Shown here one piece after another: positions 25,513-38,124 of a stretch of 64,000 bases of DNA; position 1 is the stretch's first letter, and each line of letters starts with the position of its first letter. Source of the DNA: Takakia lepidozioides (Eukaryota > Plantae > Bryophyta); contig CM060734.1 of NCBI GenBank assembly GCA_030704615.1, positions 14,942,001-15,006,000 of the forward strand, given 5' to 3'. A program made the position numbers and the translations under genes. The notes below the pieces were generated by a model. That model saw only the letters and a program-made list of their open reading frames with translations, was not told the DNA's origin and did not search any database.

Positions 25513-27512
25513 TCCACAGGCCACTGGGCACAGCCTGTCACAGCCCCTCACAGCCCATCACAGCGTGTCACAGCCCCACGGGCCACAGGGAACAGCCCGT
25601 CACAGCCCCACAGGCCACAGGGCACAGCCCCTCACAGCCCGTCACAGCCCCACAGGCCACAGGGCACAGCCCGTCACAGCCCTATCCATGGCCACTCATG
25701 GCAATTTAGCCATTTCTCCAAGGGGTTTAGCCACGCCAAGCTAGGGTTTGTGTCTCTTGGACTCTAGGCTTCTTTGCACCGAGCTATGGCGGCTGTGAAG
25801 AAATCAGCAATGTATTCTTGCTTTTTCGGCTCCCACACACCATCAATAGTAGCCCTAAGCCATGAGGAAGATGGTTGCCACAAACCAAGCTTTCTTTCTC
25901 ACTTAGACTCCCCAAACACGCCACTAAACTCAATGGCAAACAACCAAGCCTTGCTGGTTTCCAGCCCTTATGAGCACTCATTCAAGCGTTTTCCTTGGCC
26001 ATAGCATCTGTTTTAGAGCCTATTCCAGCCCCCTACATCTGTCACTTCAAGAGCCATGCTCTATCTAGGCTTGAGGTTGAAACCCCAACTAAGAACACGC
26101 TTTACAAGTGTCGGACTATCACATAAGAGCAGATCAGCCCCAATGGACTGTAGGCATGCTCCACACATGCCCCACTCTCACCACAAGAGAATCAGCCCCT
26201 TTGCTTTCTTTCTTGCACCCACCAACCTGAAAATACAAGCTTCAGCGGGCTGGAAGCATGCTCCACACATGCCCTACATGGAAACCAGCCCCTTTCTTCA
26301 TTTCTTGCACTCCCAAACTTGAAAGTACAAGCCTTCAACAGGCCGAAAGCATGCTCCACACATGCATTGCCCTCACATAAGGGAAGTCAGCCCTTCCCTC
26401 TTCCTTGCTTGCCCTCCAAGCTTAAAGATGGAAGCTTCAATGAACTGAATACATGCTCCACACATGCAACCTCTTCACACAAGAGGTATCAGCCCCCTAT
26501 CTTGGCTCCTTGGCTCCTTGATGCTCTCTAAGACAAGACTAAGCACTCCACAGCCTTTGCCAAGCTCCTGAAATCCTAAGGCTTACATTTCCAGCCACAA
26601 GACACTCCTCTTGTGGTGCATGAGCTCTTCTTCCAAGCTCTGAAACCCTAGGTGGACATTCCATGGCCTTGTCGCACCTCTTAGCTCCTGTTCCAGCCCT
26701 GCTCTTGCCATGACAAGAGCCCTCTCAATGCTGAAGCTCGAGATTGAAACCCACTCTCAACATACTCCACAAAGTGCACTGATTTGCCCCAAGCCAAATC
26801 AGCCCTTTCGCTTGGTCTTGCAATCCTTCACACAATGAAAGCTCGCATTCCTAAGTCCAGTTCTCAGCTTTGCCACCAAAGCCACTATAACCTACTCTTG
26901 GCTGGTCCTCTTCCCAATCGTGCTTGCTCATGCATGTACACAATCTGAAACCATCAAGGTGCTCTGGAATTACCTGCAGTATGGTGCTTTCATCTCTGAA
27001 GCTGAAGATCGAATGCCAAGGTCTACCACCTCGTAACCCACATCGCCTCTGCTTCTAACAACCAAGAGCTCCACGGTGCTCTTTGCATAACAACCTGGTT
27101 TCTCTCATTCTCAAGCAAAAATCACAAGTGCTACAACTAACTCATATCTGGCACTCACAGATACGAGCTCATCTTTCTCGAGTGATAAAGAAGATGAATA
27201 CAAGCACAAGCTCATGCGAGCTCACAAAGCTGAAGCATAAACTCATGCATATATAACCTCATCACTCAAATACAAGTCAAGCCAAGTGCACCCCACGCCA
27301 TGGGGAATCCACACTACGGCACCATAGCTAGGTGCGGTGAGGCTCAACTCGAGAAAGATGAGTCCACCGCGATCTGCCGTGAAGATAACAACGTCAGGTG
27401 CCCAAACATGTATTGGCCCCTGGATTGACACTTGGGTCAATCCCAAATGTCAATATATTAAAGCTAGTTATTTCCTAGCTAAACTTCACACTAGTGGTAA
27501 AATAACTTGACA
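25513..27512 (-). mobile_element. 5' end (LTR half B + PBS + leader) of a second copy of the split-LTR Gypsy family
   Basis: Colinear with ~54100-56298; LTR half at 27183-27512 ends ...AATAACTTGACA exactly as at 56298; different flank (CACC...). Confidence 0.9.
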
Positions 27513-28200
27513 CACCTCATTCGCCATATGTTGAAAATACAAGTTCGTGCAAGACCTGGACTCTGCGTAATTGTTTCAGGTTTGCACGTCATGCCTATCC
27601 AGAAGCCACAATCGATTGATGTGGTACCATTTCACGAATTTTTTGCATCTCGCCATCGGCCATCGGAACTCTTCCGGAACATCCTCCCAGCCCTCTTAAG
27701 CTAGTATGTTAGGGTGACCAAATACTTCCCAATTCAAGTCTTGCCTTGACCCTTTGATTTTCTTAGGAGGCGGTCCATGTTCATTGGGGTCATCTCTTCC
27801 ATGACGGTCATCGTCTTGGCCCTGTGCTATTCTACAACAATCGGAGCAACACTAAATGAAGTTTTCTAAAAAGATGTAACTCTAAACCCTTCCCCCGTTA
27901 AGTAGGTTTGAGTAGGTGTGAAAATAATTCGTAAAAGCTAATTTTATAGAATAAAATGATCCTAGAAGCCAGAGGAGGGCCTATAGGAGCATTCAGCAAC
28001 GACCTCACAGAAATCGCGGCAAAAAATACCCCCCACCCAACCAATGGCCTTCTTCTCCACGTGACTACGTGTCCTGGAATAATGAAATGTCACGCACACA
28101 AAAGTTGTGTGGAGAGGAAGAGAGAGGAGAATAAGCCTCCCTTGGCTTATACCCCCCCCCCCCCGGCCCTCATTTTTCGGGCCACGTGCAGGGCAAATAT
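27513..28200 (-). pseudogene. Second copy of the 5' part and upstream region of the RING-associated TE gene
   Basis: Aligns by eye with ~14455-15260 (CACCTCA..GCAAGACCTGGA..TCCCAATTCAAGTC..GAAGCCAGAGGAGGGC). Confidence 0.75.
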
Positions 28201-28204
28201 TCAA

Positions 28205-28295
28205 AAAGTGACCGCCAACATGGCGGTCGCTCGATTTTCCGGAAAAAAAAAAAAAAAAAAACGACCGCCAGAATTGGCAGTCGCGCCATTTTCCG

Positions 28296-28331
<36 letters not shown>

Positions 28332-30900
28332 GCCAACATGGACGGTCGATTCATTTATAAAAAAAATTTTAAAAAGAAAGACCACGAACATAGACGGTCG
28401 CTTCATTTTCAAAAACTTTAAAAAAAATAAGCGGCCGCCAACATAGGCAGTCGCTTCATTTAAAAACAATTTAAAATAAATAAGTGACCGCCAGCATGGG
28501 CGGTCGCTTCATTTTCAAAACATTTAAAATAAATAAGCGACCGCCAACATGGGCGGTCGCTTCATTTTGAAAAACTTTAAAATAAATAAGCAACCGCCAA
28601 CATGGCGGTAGCTTCATTTTCAAAAACTTTAAAACACAAAAACCGACCGCCAACATAGGCAGTCGCTTCATTTTCAAAAACTTTAAAATAAATAAGCGAC
28701 CGCCAACATAGGCGGTCGTTTCATTTTCAAGAATTTAAAATAAATAAGCGACCGCCAACATAGGCGGTCGCTTCATTTTCAAGAACTTTGAAACAAAAAA
28801 ACCGACCGCCAACATAGGCGGTCGCTTCATTTTCAAAAACTTTAAAACAAAAAAAACGACCGTCTATGCTACCAGTCGCTTCAATTAAAAAATAAATAAA
28901 AAAATAAGCGACCGCCAGCATAGGCGGTCGCTTCATTTTCAAAACATTTAAAATAAATAAGCGACCGCCAACATAGGCGGTCGCTTAGTTTTCAAAAACT
29001 TTAAAATAAATAAGCGACCGCCAACATAGGCGGTCGCTTCATTTTCAAAAATTTTAAAACAAAAAAACCGACCGCCAACATAGGCGGTCGCTTCATTTTC
29101 AAAACATTTGAAATAAATAAGTGACCGCCAACATAGGCGGTCGCTTCATTTTCAAAAACTTTAAAACAAAAGAAGCGACCGCCTATGCTGGCGGTTCGCT
29201 TCATTTAAAAATAAAATAAAATAAATAAGCGACCGCTAGCATAGACGGTCGCTTCATTTTCAAAAACTTTAAAACAAAAAAACCGACCGCCAACGTAGGC
29301 GGTCGCTTCATTAAAAAAACATTTAAAATAAATAAGCGACCGCCAGCATAGGCGGACGCTTCATTTTCAAAACATTTAAAATAAATAAGCGACCGCTAGC
29401 ATAGGCGGTCGCTTCATTTTCAAAAACTTTAAAACAAAAAATCGACCGCCAACGTAGGCGGTCCCTTCATTAAAAAATCATTTAAAATAAATAAGCGACC
29501 GCCAGCATAGGCGGACGCTTCATTTTCAAAACATTTAAAATAAATAAGCGACAGACAGCATAGGCGGTCGCTTCATTTTCAAAAACTTTAAAATAAATAA
29601 GCGACCGCCAACATAGGCGGTCGCTTCATTTTCAAAAACTTTAAAACAAAACAAGCGACCGCCTATGCTGGCGGTTCGCTTTATTTAAAAATAAAATAAA
29701 ATAAATAAGCGACCACTAGCATAGGCGGTCGCTTCATTTTCAAAAACTTTAAAACAAAAAAACCGACCGCCAACGTAGGCGCTTCATTAAAAAAACATTT
29801 AAAATAAATAAGCGACCGCCAGCATAGGCGGACGTTTCATTTTAAAAACATTTAAAATAAATAAGCGACAGACAGCATAGGCGGTCGCTTCATTTTCAAA
29901 AACTTTAAAACAAAAAAAACGACCGCCAGCATAGGCGGTCGCTTCATTTTCAAAACATTTAATATTTAAAATAAATAAGCGACCGCCAACATAGGCGGTC
30001 GCTTCATTTTCAAAACATTTAAAATAAATAAGCAACCGCCAACATAGGCGGTCGCTTCATTTTCGAAAACTTTAAAATAAATAAGCGACCACCAACATAG
30101 GCGGTCGTTTCATTTCCCAAATAATTAAAATGAAAGCGACCACCAGTAATGGCGGTCGCTGCATCTCAAAAAATAACCATTACATCGACCGCCTGAAATG
30201 GCAGTCGCTGCGTTTTGTAAAAACAAAAACTGCGAGTAATGGAAGTGAGGGGAGAATGACTGGGGGCTTATATCCCCCCCCCCTTGCCTCATTCCTCGCT
30301 CCACGCGCTGGGCAGTCCTCGTAGAAGCGACCGCCACCATGGCGGTCGCTCCATTTAAAAACAAAAAAAAACAACCGCTCCAAATTCCCAAAAAAAAGAA
30401 AAAAAACGACCGCGAGTAATGGAGTTCGCTGCATTTATAAAAACAAAAAAGAACTTCAAGCGAAGTGAGGGAGAATGTCCCGGAGCTTATATGCCCCCTT
30501 CCCCCCCGCCTCACTCTTCGCTCCATGCGCAGGGCACACTTCGTAGAAGCGACCGCCACCTTGGCGATCGCTCCATTTTCATTTTCAAAACAATTCAAAT
30601 ATAAGCGACCGCCGACCGCCATAAATGGCGGTCGCTCCATTTCCAACCAAATTTCAATAAAAGCGACCGCCACTAATGGCGGTCGCTGCAATTACAAAAA
30701 ACATCAATAACGGCGACCGCCCCTAATGGCGGTCGCTCCATTTTGATTAAAAAAAACAAAAAAACGACCGCCAGTAACGGTGGTCGCTTTATTTCCAAAA
30801 TAATGACTGGGAGCTTATATGCCCCCCCCCTTCCTCATTCCTCGCTCCACGCGGAGGGCAGACTTCGTAGAAGCGACCGCCACCTTGGCGGTCGCTCCAT
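28205..30900. repeat. Homogeneous array of GCGACCGCCAACATAGGCGGTCGC palindromes
   Basis: Dozens of units, ~42-45 bp period, A/T spacers; same family as 15260-18190. Confidence 0.92.
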
Positions 30901-31199
30901 TTAAATAAAAATGAATGCATAGTTGGAAGCATGGCATAATTGTTCTCCATTCCACAAGCAAATCACCGAACACAAACATGAGCAAGTGACGGGGCCTTTG
31001 GCTGACATTTTGGCTGGTATACATATGAGCAACATTTTTTATTTTCCAACACATACACAACAGCAATACAAATACTCATAGTGACAATGATCACATTGGT
31101 ATTACTTCAGTACAAAAATATAAACATGTCCACTAAAAAGTGCTGATGCATGCCTACAGCTGTTTTGCTTCAATTCCTTCTACTGCTTCGACGGCGGGA

Positions 31200-33860
31200 C
31201 GAAGAAGATCCTAATCCTAATGCTCCAATGGGTTGAAAATCCAGGTCACCCTCGACTTCACCACCGTTGCCATGATCAATGCTGGAATCGTCCTCCCTAT
31301 CCGACCTCATATGTCTAGGTGTCGCGCACCTCACTTCGGTAAGCTCCCCTTCAAGTCATAGTTACTCGCTCCGATGCGCGCGCCTGACTCCCAACCTGGC
31401 CGCCCGGGCCAACTTGGAGCTTCGGCTGCTCACCGGGACATAACGGTCCCCCCTTCGCTTCCCACTAAACCCTCCACCTATTTGGGCCTAGGAGAATTCC
31501 CTTTGGTAGATGGCAGTCCGGAACAGCTCCCCACTCTTTAGTCGCTTTCCGGCTCGTTCGCTTACTCACTAGTTTTTGGTCACCAACGGGCTTGCACCGT
31601 TCTCGGGGTCACTACTCCCCCTTATATATACTTCTGTAGCTGTCCGCGGGGGTTTCACAACCAGCCATGCCATTTTATGGCGAACCACCACGAAAACCCT
31701 CGACTCCCGGTGATGAGTCGCGGTGAGTCTTGGCCCACTCACCACGGCCCCTCTGGACGGTGATGAGTCCCAAGACTCCCCACGACTCCCACCACGAGGT
31801 CTCCGCCCCCATGGTGAGTCCTATGCCACCCCCACTAAGTCCCGCTAAGCTACCACCACCCCTTGTGGAGCCACCCCCACCGCAACCCGGTGTGCGGGGC
31901 TCCACCTAGTGAGCGCCTCCGCCTCCTTGAGTGCCTTGGGCACTCAAGGGTGCTTCAGCCCCCCATACCTATCGCTGCCGCTGCCCCCACCACAGGGGCA
32001 GCCCCTCATGTGTCCCGACCCCCTGCCCTCAAGGCAAAGGGCCGCGACACACACCCCTACCAACAGGGAGTCGATGTCCTCATCGACTTGTCCATTTTGT
32101 AGAAACGAACATCCAAGTTGTGGCGTCCCACATCAAGGAGTTTGTTTCCGTACCATGGCGTCCCATGGCAAAGAACCAAACCCCACACTTGACTCTACTC
32201 TCCACTAGCTAGTTCGGCCGACTTCCTCCAAGTCCCGGCCAAGGGTGGAGCCTCTCCAGCTCCTCCCAGTGCACTCTTCTTGGCCTATTTCAAGGCCAAG
32301 GAACGATCCTCCCCGAGGATCGAATCGCCTTACTGCAACAACATTGCTTGCGATCGCTCATGATGCCGCTTTTGGCATCACCTTGAGCAAGGGTTCCCTG
32401 GAACCCTCTTTGACTAGGAAGATAACCTTGAACCAACCGTGCGCCCCAATCACTACAATTGGGTCCGCCTTGGAATGCTGGCCTGAGGTACGGGAACACG
32501 CCGAAGCCGCACTACGACTTCGTCCCGAGGCTACACGATTATAGTACATGAACGGAAGCACGTAGCTTCCGCGTTAGCCCGCACTACAAGGCAACCCCCT
32601 CGGTAGCGCAGTTATAGTACACGCACGCGCCAGGTGCGCACTAGCACGTGAACTCCCAAAGAAGTCGCAAGTTTCCTTGCCCCTTGGATGGGGGTCATCC
32701 GATTTTGGCACTACGCAAACACACGATTAACCCAATTTACCTCTCCCACTTTTATAAGCTAGCATGCATTCTACACACTAGCCAACCATACCATGCATCA
32801 CCATTCCAAACAAAATAGGACGCACAACATTTGGAACCCATTTCCTTTATAACAAATTTTTGTACAATACAAGTTTTTGTAATCGGATTCCTAAGCTAGC
32901 TAAGCCGGGCTAAGCATGCATTTCCTCCCCCACGCTCCAAGGTTGATGTCCCCATCAACGTTTCTTCCGCTTTTGAGATCGCCCTTCGAAAGCTGCAACC
33001 GCCTCGGATGCATTTCCCATTTCTGAGGCACGCACCCAAGATGCCTCCACATGATGATAGCCCTTCCATTTGACGAGATACTCCGTTTCTCGGTTCTTGA
33101 ACCTCCTCGACTTAAGTATTGCCTCCACCTCGTACTCAGGTTTATTTTCATGATCCAACAGCATAGGTGGCGGACGCAACACTTGATGCCGATTCGGACG
33201 CGCTTCATCTTTGAAGTAAGGCTTCAAAAGGGAGACATGGAATACTGGGTGCACCTTGCTGTTTGCCGGCAGTTGTAGGTCGGAAGGCGGTGTTCATCTT
33301 CAGCCTCGTCCCCATCTTCTTCCAAAATGCCCTCCAAAATTTACTCGTAAACTTTGGATTGCGGTCCGAGACAATATCCTTCGGGACTCCATGATGCTTT
33401 AAGACGTGGGCGAAGTAAAGTCGCCCTGTCTCCTGCACCGTTGCCGTCTCCTTGGTGGGGATGAAATGGCCCATTTTACTGAACCTATCCCCCACCACCA
33501 TGATTGCATCGAATCCTTTTGACAGCGGCATAGCAGTCATGAAATCCATCGAGACGCTTTCCCAAGTCCCCTCTGGAATCAGCAAGGGTTGTAACAGCCC
33601 CGCTTGCTTTTTGTACTTGCTCCGGTTTCGTTGGCATGTGGTGCATGTCTTGACATACTCCTCTGCCTCCTCCCTCAGTTTGGGCCAGAAATACTCTTTC
33701 TTCAAGAGTGCCGCAGTGCGCTTGGCTCCGCCGTGGCCCGCAAGCGGGCTATCATGGCATTCTCTCAAGAGGCTATCTCTGATCCCTTCCTTCGGCACGT
33801 AGAGACGCTTTTGCTTATACCGGAGCAGTCCATTTTGCAAGTGGAACTGCGATTTAACCC
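31200..33860 (-). mobile_element. 3' part of a chromovirus (Ty3/Gypsy): integrase + chromodomain, PPT, probable 3' LTR
   Basis: Integrase and chromodomain ORFs; purine tract GGGGGAGGAAA (32921-32931) followed by TG at 32920. The left LTR boundary is uncertain. Confidence 0.65.
32955..33860 (-). pseudogene. Chromovirus integrase (HHCC, partial DDE) + chromodomain
   Basis: ECHDSPLAGHGG..CTTCQR..WESVSMDF..IVSDRNPKFTSKFW; HPVFHVSLLK; EYEVEAILKSRR..EYLVKWKGY..EASW. Confidence 0.88.
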
Positions 33861-35316
33861 CCATCCTCAAGTCCAGATTGGTTGTTTCCACTGCACCTGA
33901 CGTGTTCCACCAAGCCTCGATGATAGCAAACTTAACCTCCGCGTCATCAAATGTGGGTGCATCCTTCCACGCCATACAAAGGACACGGTGTTCAGCTTGG
34001 AATGAGCTAGCAACAAATTTGGTAGTGTAGTGAGATAGACTCTGCATCCAATGGAATCCACAGGATCTCTCTTTCCCCTCCATTGGAACATTGGGGTCCT
34101 CACCGTACACATGCCGCACCGCTGCCCAGTTGGCCTGAGCATTGTGTGCCATGAATCCCCTGAAATTGGGCTCTGGCAAACCCACCCTTGTCATTTGCTC
34201 GTTTATGCCCTCCCACAGATGCATCTCCGACTGTGTGTCCTCCCCTTTCATCTCGCAGATTACAATCGGAAGACAATGAATGGTTGATGGGTTATGCCAG
34301 TCCAATCCGTCTCGTTTCTCCGCCCTCCTTTGGAAAGAAAGTGGAAGCAGGCGGGATTGAGGCACCTCAGCTTCCCCGCACAGAGGACGTATCGTACACA
34401 AACACCATCAGCAATTTTCGTGTTACTAGTCTTCGTCACAAACCAGGGGTATCCGTCATGCTTTCGATCCATGTCTGTTAATATCCCCGAGGCTTTGTTT
34501 GACGAAGTAACAGGTGGAAACTCGAAGGTGACATTGCCATCGACCTCGGGAGGCAGATACGTTACCTTCCTGACTGGAAATTTGGCATAGTCGAGAGCAG
34601 CCAGCTTGGAGCGAGAACCATCGAGGTGATGTTGCCGTAGGAGCTGCACAATGGACCGGGTTGGAGTTATGCTCGAGGGTACATGCGTAGCACCTGCAGA
34701 GACGTCCATGTTGGATTTGAACGACCGTGTGGAGGAATGGGGACCTCAACGCACTCATCTTCCTCGTCGAAAATGTCGAATATCTCCACACGAGAAGCTA
34801 TGGAGGGTCTTGACGGTCCAGGTGGGGAATGATTATCGTTGCATACCTCTCTATTGGCAGTGGCCGCCTGTTGGTTTCCCGACTCCCTTGTGGATGGTGT
34901 CGGAAGTGACTGATTCGGAAAGGGAATGGGCATTCCCACAGCTCGGTACAAGATGGATGGGATCAAAATGGATGACAGAAAGGTGAGGGCGATCTTGGAC
35001 TGGGAGCCTCCGACTTCGGTCCCGAACATCCTTCTTTTCTTCTTCCAAATAAACTGTGCCCGGTTTGAGCTTGAATTTGGAACAAAGTTTCAATCACTCT
35101 GCAAAGTCCTCCCTCGTTTGGGATCCAAGCTCTCCCAAGTTGCGGAGGACGACAAACTATAGCGTAGGAATTTGGAGCCATCGAACACCGCACAAAGTTG
35201 GCAAGTGCGAGGTTCACTATAGCGACAGACCAAGGCTCACAGGCACCACGTAATTGGAACTGCGGATGCCATCCACGATTGGAAGTTGCACATTGAAGTG
35301 GAAAAGAATGTTTCAA
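33861..35316 (-). pseudogene. MULE-like transposase relic, copy 3 (divergent)
   Basis: DRKHDGYPWFVTKTSN..CAGKLRCLNPAC; PNFRGFMAHNAQANW..ERSCGFHW; internal deletions and an inverted Gypsy fragment at ~34950-35025. Confidence 0.72.
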
Positions 35317-35569
35317 ACTACATGCATGAAGGTGGGAGGTATGATTCTATATCCAGTAAGTATGACAATGATGGCCGATTCGGCGACGAAATAACATCTC
35401 CTGACAGTTTCTCTTGAGGGTGGATCTAGCAGTATTCTCGGTGCAGACATGAACGTTCGCACTGACAAGTGCCAGGACTGTTAGTTAAAACGGTTAGACA
35501 ACCAAGTTGTGCTCATTAAGACAGGCCGCAATTGTGTTGTTTCGGAACAATGCATCCCATTGCACATGG

Positions 35570-36605
35570 CTGAACGGGAATGCGGTCCCGCATTCCAGTT
35601 CGACATCATCCTCTTGGTGATTGTGATCGTAAATGCGGCACCGCATTTCAGTCAACGGGGAAACCAAACTACTGGTGCAACGGAAATGCGGTACCACATT
35701 TCAGTCCACTGTACAAGCAGGCACATGGTGGAACGGAAATGCGATATCGCATTTCGGTCCACTGGGACTAGGAAGACACGGTAGAAAAGAATAGCGACAG
35801 CGCATTTTCATCGACTGGGACACATTGGATAGGTAGGAACGGAAATGCAGTGCCGCATTTCCGTCCGGTCTGCTACTTTCGATTGCTGTTGGACGAGAAT
35901 GCGGCACTGCATTTCCGTCCAACATGTAAGGTATGGACGACTCGGACGGAAATGCGACGCCACATTTCCGTCCGATTCTAAATCATGAAACAGTGCAACT
36001 GAAATGTGGTACCGCATTTCCGTCCATGTCGTACCTTCCGACTTTCCAGAACGGAAATGCGGCGCCGCATTTCCATTTTTCATCTAAGGCATGCAGCAGT
36101 GCAACGGAAATGCGGCACCACATTTCCGTCCAGGTGAAACCTTCATACTCTCCAGAACGGAAATGCGGTGCCGCATTTCCGTCCAACAAGTAAGGTATGT
36201 AACAGTGGAACGGAAATGCGGTGCCGGATTTTCGTTCTGATTGTAAATCATGAAACATGCAACTGAATGCGGCACTGCATTTCCGTCCGAGTCGTACCTT
36301 CTGACTTTCCAGAACGGAAATGCGGCGCCACATTTCCGTTTTGCATCTCAGGCATGTAGCAGTAAGACGGAAATGCGGCACCGCATTTCCGTCCGAGAGA
36401 AACCTTTATACTCTCCAGAACAGAAATGCGGTGCCGCATTTCCGTTCTGATTGTAAATCCTGAAACACTGCAACTGAAATGCGGCACCGCATTTCCGTCT
36501 GAGTCGAACATTCCGACTTTCCAGAACAGAAATGCGGCGCCACATTTCTGTTTTGCATCTCATATTTGCAACAGTGGAACGGAAATGCGGCGCCGCATTT
36601 CCATT
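35570..36605. repeat. Array of GGAAATGCGG(C/T)(A/G)CCGCATTTCC palindromes
   Basis: Hairpins at a ~58-60 bp period. Confidence 0.9.
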
Positions 36606-36726
36606 TTCACTCTAACTCATGAGACGTTGGGACGCAAATGCCATGGGGCGTGGAATGCGAGCAATGGCCTTCACCTTTGTCTGTTGAACACTTAATCCTC
36701 CAGGATATATCATGTGGCCCAGATAC

Positions 36727-37335
36727 TCAATCTGATCGTGGAAGAACTTGCAGTTTCAACCCGTGCGCTCTCAAGCGCTCAAACACCACCTGAACGTGTC
36801 TCTCATGCTCCTCAACTATGGCACTAAAGATGATGATATCATCAATGTAGCACCGGGCAAAATCTAGCCCTGCAAGAATCCTATCCATGACCCTTTGAAA
36901 CTCTGCAGGAGATGGTGGTGCAAGATTGGTCCACCACAACCTAGGCCTATGTGCCTGTGACCCCACTGCAGCTGCATCCAATAGCACCGCCGATCCAATC
37001 CAAGACCGCACCTGATGCACACTGGCCATAACCCTGGCCCGAGAATTCCCCATAAGAGCAACGTTCTCCAAGATGTAAGCTGGAAGTCGCACTTGCCTCA
37101 CCTGCAAGTCACGCAACACTCGCAACATCTCCCAAAATAGATGCAATCGTGCATCATGCAAACCATTACCATGACTTGCGGGAGAATGTCCTTGGCAAGG
37201 CCATCCTGCTATCACCAAGTCAATGGAACCATGCCAGCCCAAATCGTCCGCCCCCAACATGGTAATGTTTGCTGGCAAGGCATTTTGGTACCCTTGAATT
37301 GCTGTGAGAGGCATCCTCCATCCGGGAGCTGCTGC
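36727..37335 (-). pseudogene. Gypsy pol fragment: DNMT3-like C5-MTase joined by deletion to RT
   Basis: DLVIAGWPCQG (motif IV), YILENV (VI), HRPRLWWTNL (VIII), then AEFQRVMD..CYIDDIIIFS (RT YxDD). Confidence 0.85.
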
Positions 37336-37849
37336 CATTGAGCGTACTCCGCTAATCTCTTGCAAGGATGCCGTGCCGCCGCATGACTACCCTTATCATG
37401 GCCACGATTATGCGATGTTCAAACCAAAATCAGGAGACATCATTGTGTGGCTCTCTGTTTTCATTGACGCTTTTGGAATCAAGCGGGAGTCTTTGCGCTC
37501 AATGGAGTATTTGGAGGGCTATTACCGCTTTGAGCGAGGTGAGGGCGAGGGTCAATGCGGTCCATGGGTCCTGAAAATTGTTGACCTCGATATACCAATC
37601 TGGAATGGGATGCCGGACAGATCACGCACGACCTATGGAGACATTCGGCTGAGTTGCGAAGACGAATCGCACGGGCACATGAGGCCCACAGTGACCTTGT
37701 CAATGTATGATGGTGGTATCATTGATGGGCATGACATTGTCGTCAGCTCCACCAAGGACACCAGAACGACCGCATTACAGTTTACCTGGAGGTGCCGCGT
37801 CAGTCATGAGCTTGTTTTGAGGGCTATCGAAGTTCCGTCAACTTGGTGA
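37304..37849 (+). CDS. Hypothetical protein (~150-180 aa) between the palindrome arrays
   Basis: Open frame with protein-like composition and AATAAA ~70 bp downstream; no recognised domain. Confidence 0.35.
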   Translation: MRGILHPGAAAIERTPLISCKDAVPPHDYPYHGHDYAMFKPKSGDIIVWLSVFIDAFGIKRESLRSMEYLEGYYRFERGEGEGQCGPWVLKIVDLDIPIWNGMPDRSRTTYGDIRLSCEDESHGHMRPTVTLSMYDGGIIDGHDIVVSSTKDTRTTALQFTWRCRVSHELVLRAIEVPSTW

Positions 37850-38124
37850 CGCCCATGTAGAAGGCGGAAGGGCTTAGATTTGCTTGGAGCTGCTAAATGT
37901 GACAGACCGTGTTTGATCAATAAAACAACCCATCGTCCCTCACTTCTGTGTGCTGAGTTTCATTGTATTCAAGAACTGCTGTAATTGGCCCACTGTTTAC
38001 AATTTGTGATCTCATTTCTACAATGTGTCTGTTCACATCAATATATCAGAGTCCGCGATATCAGAGTCCTGAGGTGAAGGAAATCCATCTATGAGTAAAA
38101 GGAAACATGTACATGCCCAAGCTC

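Noticed and set aside
28205-30900. CRISPR-like array of palindromic repeats with spacers (also 15260-18190, 23127-24450, 35570-39040)
   Set aside because: Spacers are mostly low-complexity or recur in higher-order units, repeats are degenerate, there are no cas genes, and the context is eukaryotic TE DNA.
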